DNA of 63,775 nt, the filler included, from Octopus bimaculoides (Eukaryota), in assembly GCF_001194135.2 (NCBI RefSeq). It is 5 parts of 4 records of this genome, joined end to end, with 100 filler letters (N's around TTAATTAATTAA, not from the genome) between each part and the next. Parts side by side here need not be neighbours in the genome. Positions count along the whole stretch, not along the records: positions 62,716 to 63,775 come from NC_068985.1; 4 more parts are not named here. One strand, 5' to 3'. This document shows positions 63,045-63,775 of this stretch, piece by piece. The notes under the pieces are model-generated. The model was not told where the DNA came from and made no database searches. It saw only the letters and a list, made by a program, of their open reading frames with translations. The position numbers and the translations under genes are program-made. Each line of letters starts with the position of its first letter. Position 1 is the first letter of the stretch.

Positions 63045-63775
63045 GTCTCAGGAGTGGCCATGGGGACGAGAATGGGCCCCAACTATGCGAACTTGTTTGT
63101 TGGCTACGTTGAGGCCCAAATATTCTCAAGTTTCACTGGTCCCATTCCTGAACTATACACCCATTATATTGATCACTGTATCGGTGTGACCTCACTCTCC
63201 TACGAACATCTAGACTCCTTCCTCTCTTTCTATCCTGCCCTCCACTTCTCCTGCACTATCTCTGACACCTCTGTCTCCTTTCTTGACATTTCGGTCAGCA
63301 TTCATCACTCCACTCTCACCACCTCCATCCACTACAAACACACACTCATACCTCAATTTCTACTCCTCCCACCCTAAACACACCAAGCTTTCCATCCCCT
63401 ATTCCCAATTCTTCTGTCTACACAGGCTCTGTAGTGACTCATGGTTCAACACACCATTCTCCGAGCCTTCCAGCGACTCCAGTCCGACCCCTCCACTTCA
63501 TACATCTTCCCTAACCAACCCTGTCCCTCCTTCAAACGATCCCACAACCTACAAGACCTCTTGGTCCACAGCTTCTTCCCTAACCCAACCTCCCAACCTG
63601 GCTCATTTCCCTGCTCCCACCACGCTGCAGAACTTGCCCTTACCTCTCCAACACCACCCTCCTCACCAGCACCCATCATCGACCCTATCACATCACCAAC
63701 TCCTTCACCTGCACTTCTACCAATGTCATCTACTGCATCTCCTGCTCTCTCTGCCCTTCTCTATACATCAGGCAA
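63045..63775 (+). mobile_element. Decayed Penelope-like element of a different lineage (Neptune/Nematis-like), running off the window end
   Basis: GVAMGTRMGPNYANLFVGYVE, YIDH (RYIDD-like), SVSFLDISV, TTSIHYK, then FTCTSTNVIYCISCSLCPSLYI (start of a Cys-containing GIY-YIG domain); frameshifted. Confidence 0.8.

Overview
This is AT-rich, repeat-dense eukaryotic genomic DNA with about 14 assembly gaps. The abundant tRNA-derived SINE families and the microsatellite load look like an octopus/coleoid cephalopod genome; this is inferred from recognising the repeats, not from a search. The only host gene I can support is the 5' part of a kinesin-8 (KIF18A-like) gene on the + strand. It has three coding exons (33976-34291, 39447-39604, 42344-42448) that splice in frame through GT-AG junctions, and a likely G2/M-type promoter (CCAAT plus CDE/CHR) with a non-coding first exon near 30.8 kb. 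I could not find the remaining motor-domain exons in the window. Almost everything else is transposon-derived: Penelope-like elements (PLEs) of at least three kinds, RTE-X, Dong/R4-like and HERO-like LINE remnants, mariner, Tigger/pogo, hAT and piggyBac derivatives, palindromic MITEs carrying TTAGGG repeats, several SINE families and simple repeats. The most interesting signal is the PLE terminal module at 48012-48270. It joins a tRNA-like Pol III head, an (AAT)n spacer and an intact minimal type-I hammerhead ribozyme, and related copies occur elsewhere in the window without the retroelement ORF. A second PLE-end family carries a variant hammerhead core. Four 100-bp gaps contain an artificial TTAATTAATTAA linker, and CpG decay in repeats changes at two of them, so the window may be a mosaic of contigs. 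All analysis was by eye, and coordinates of degenerate repeats are approximate.
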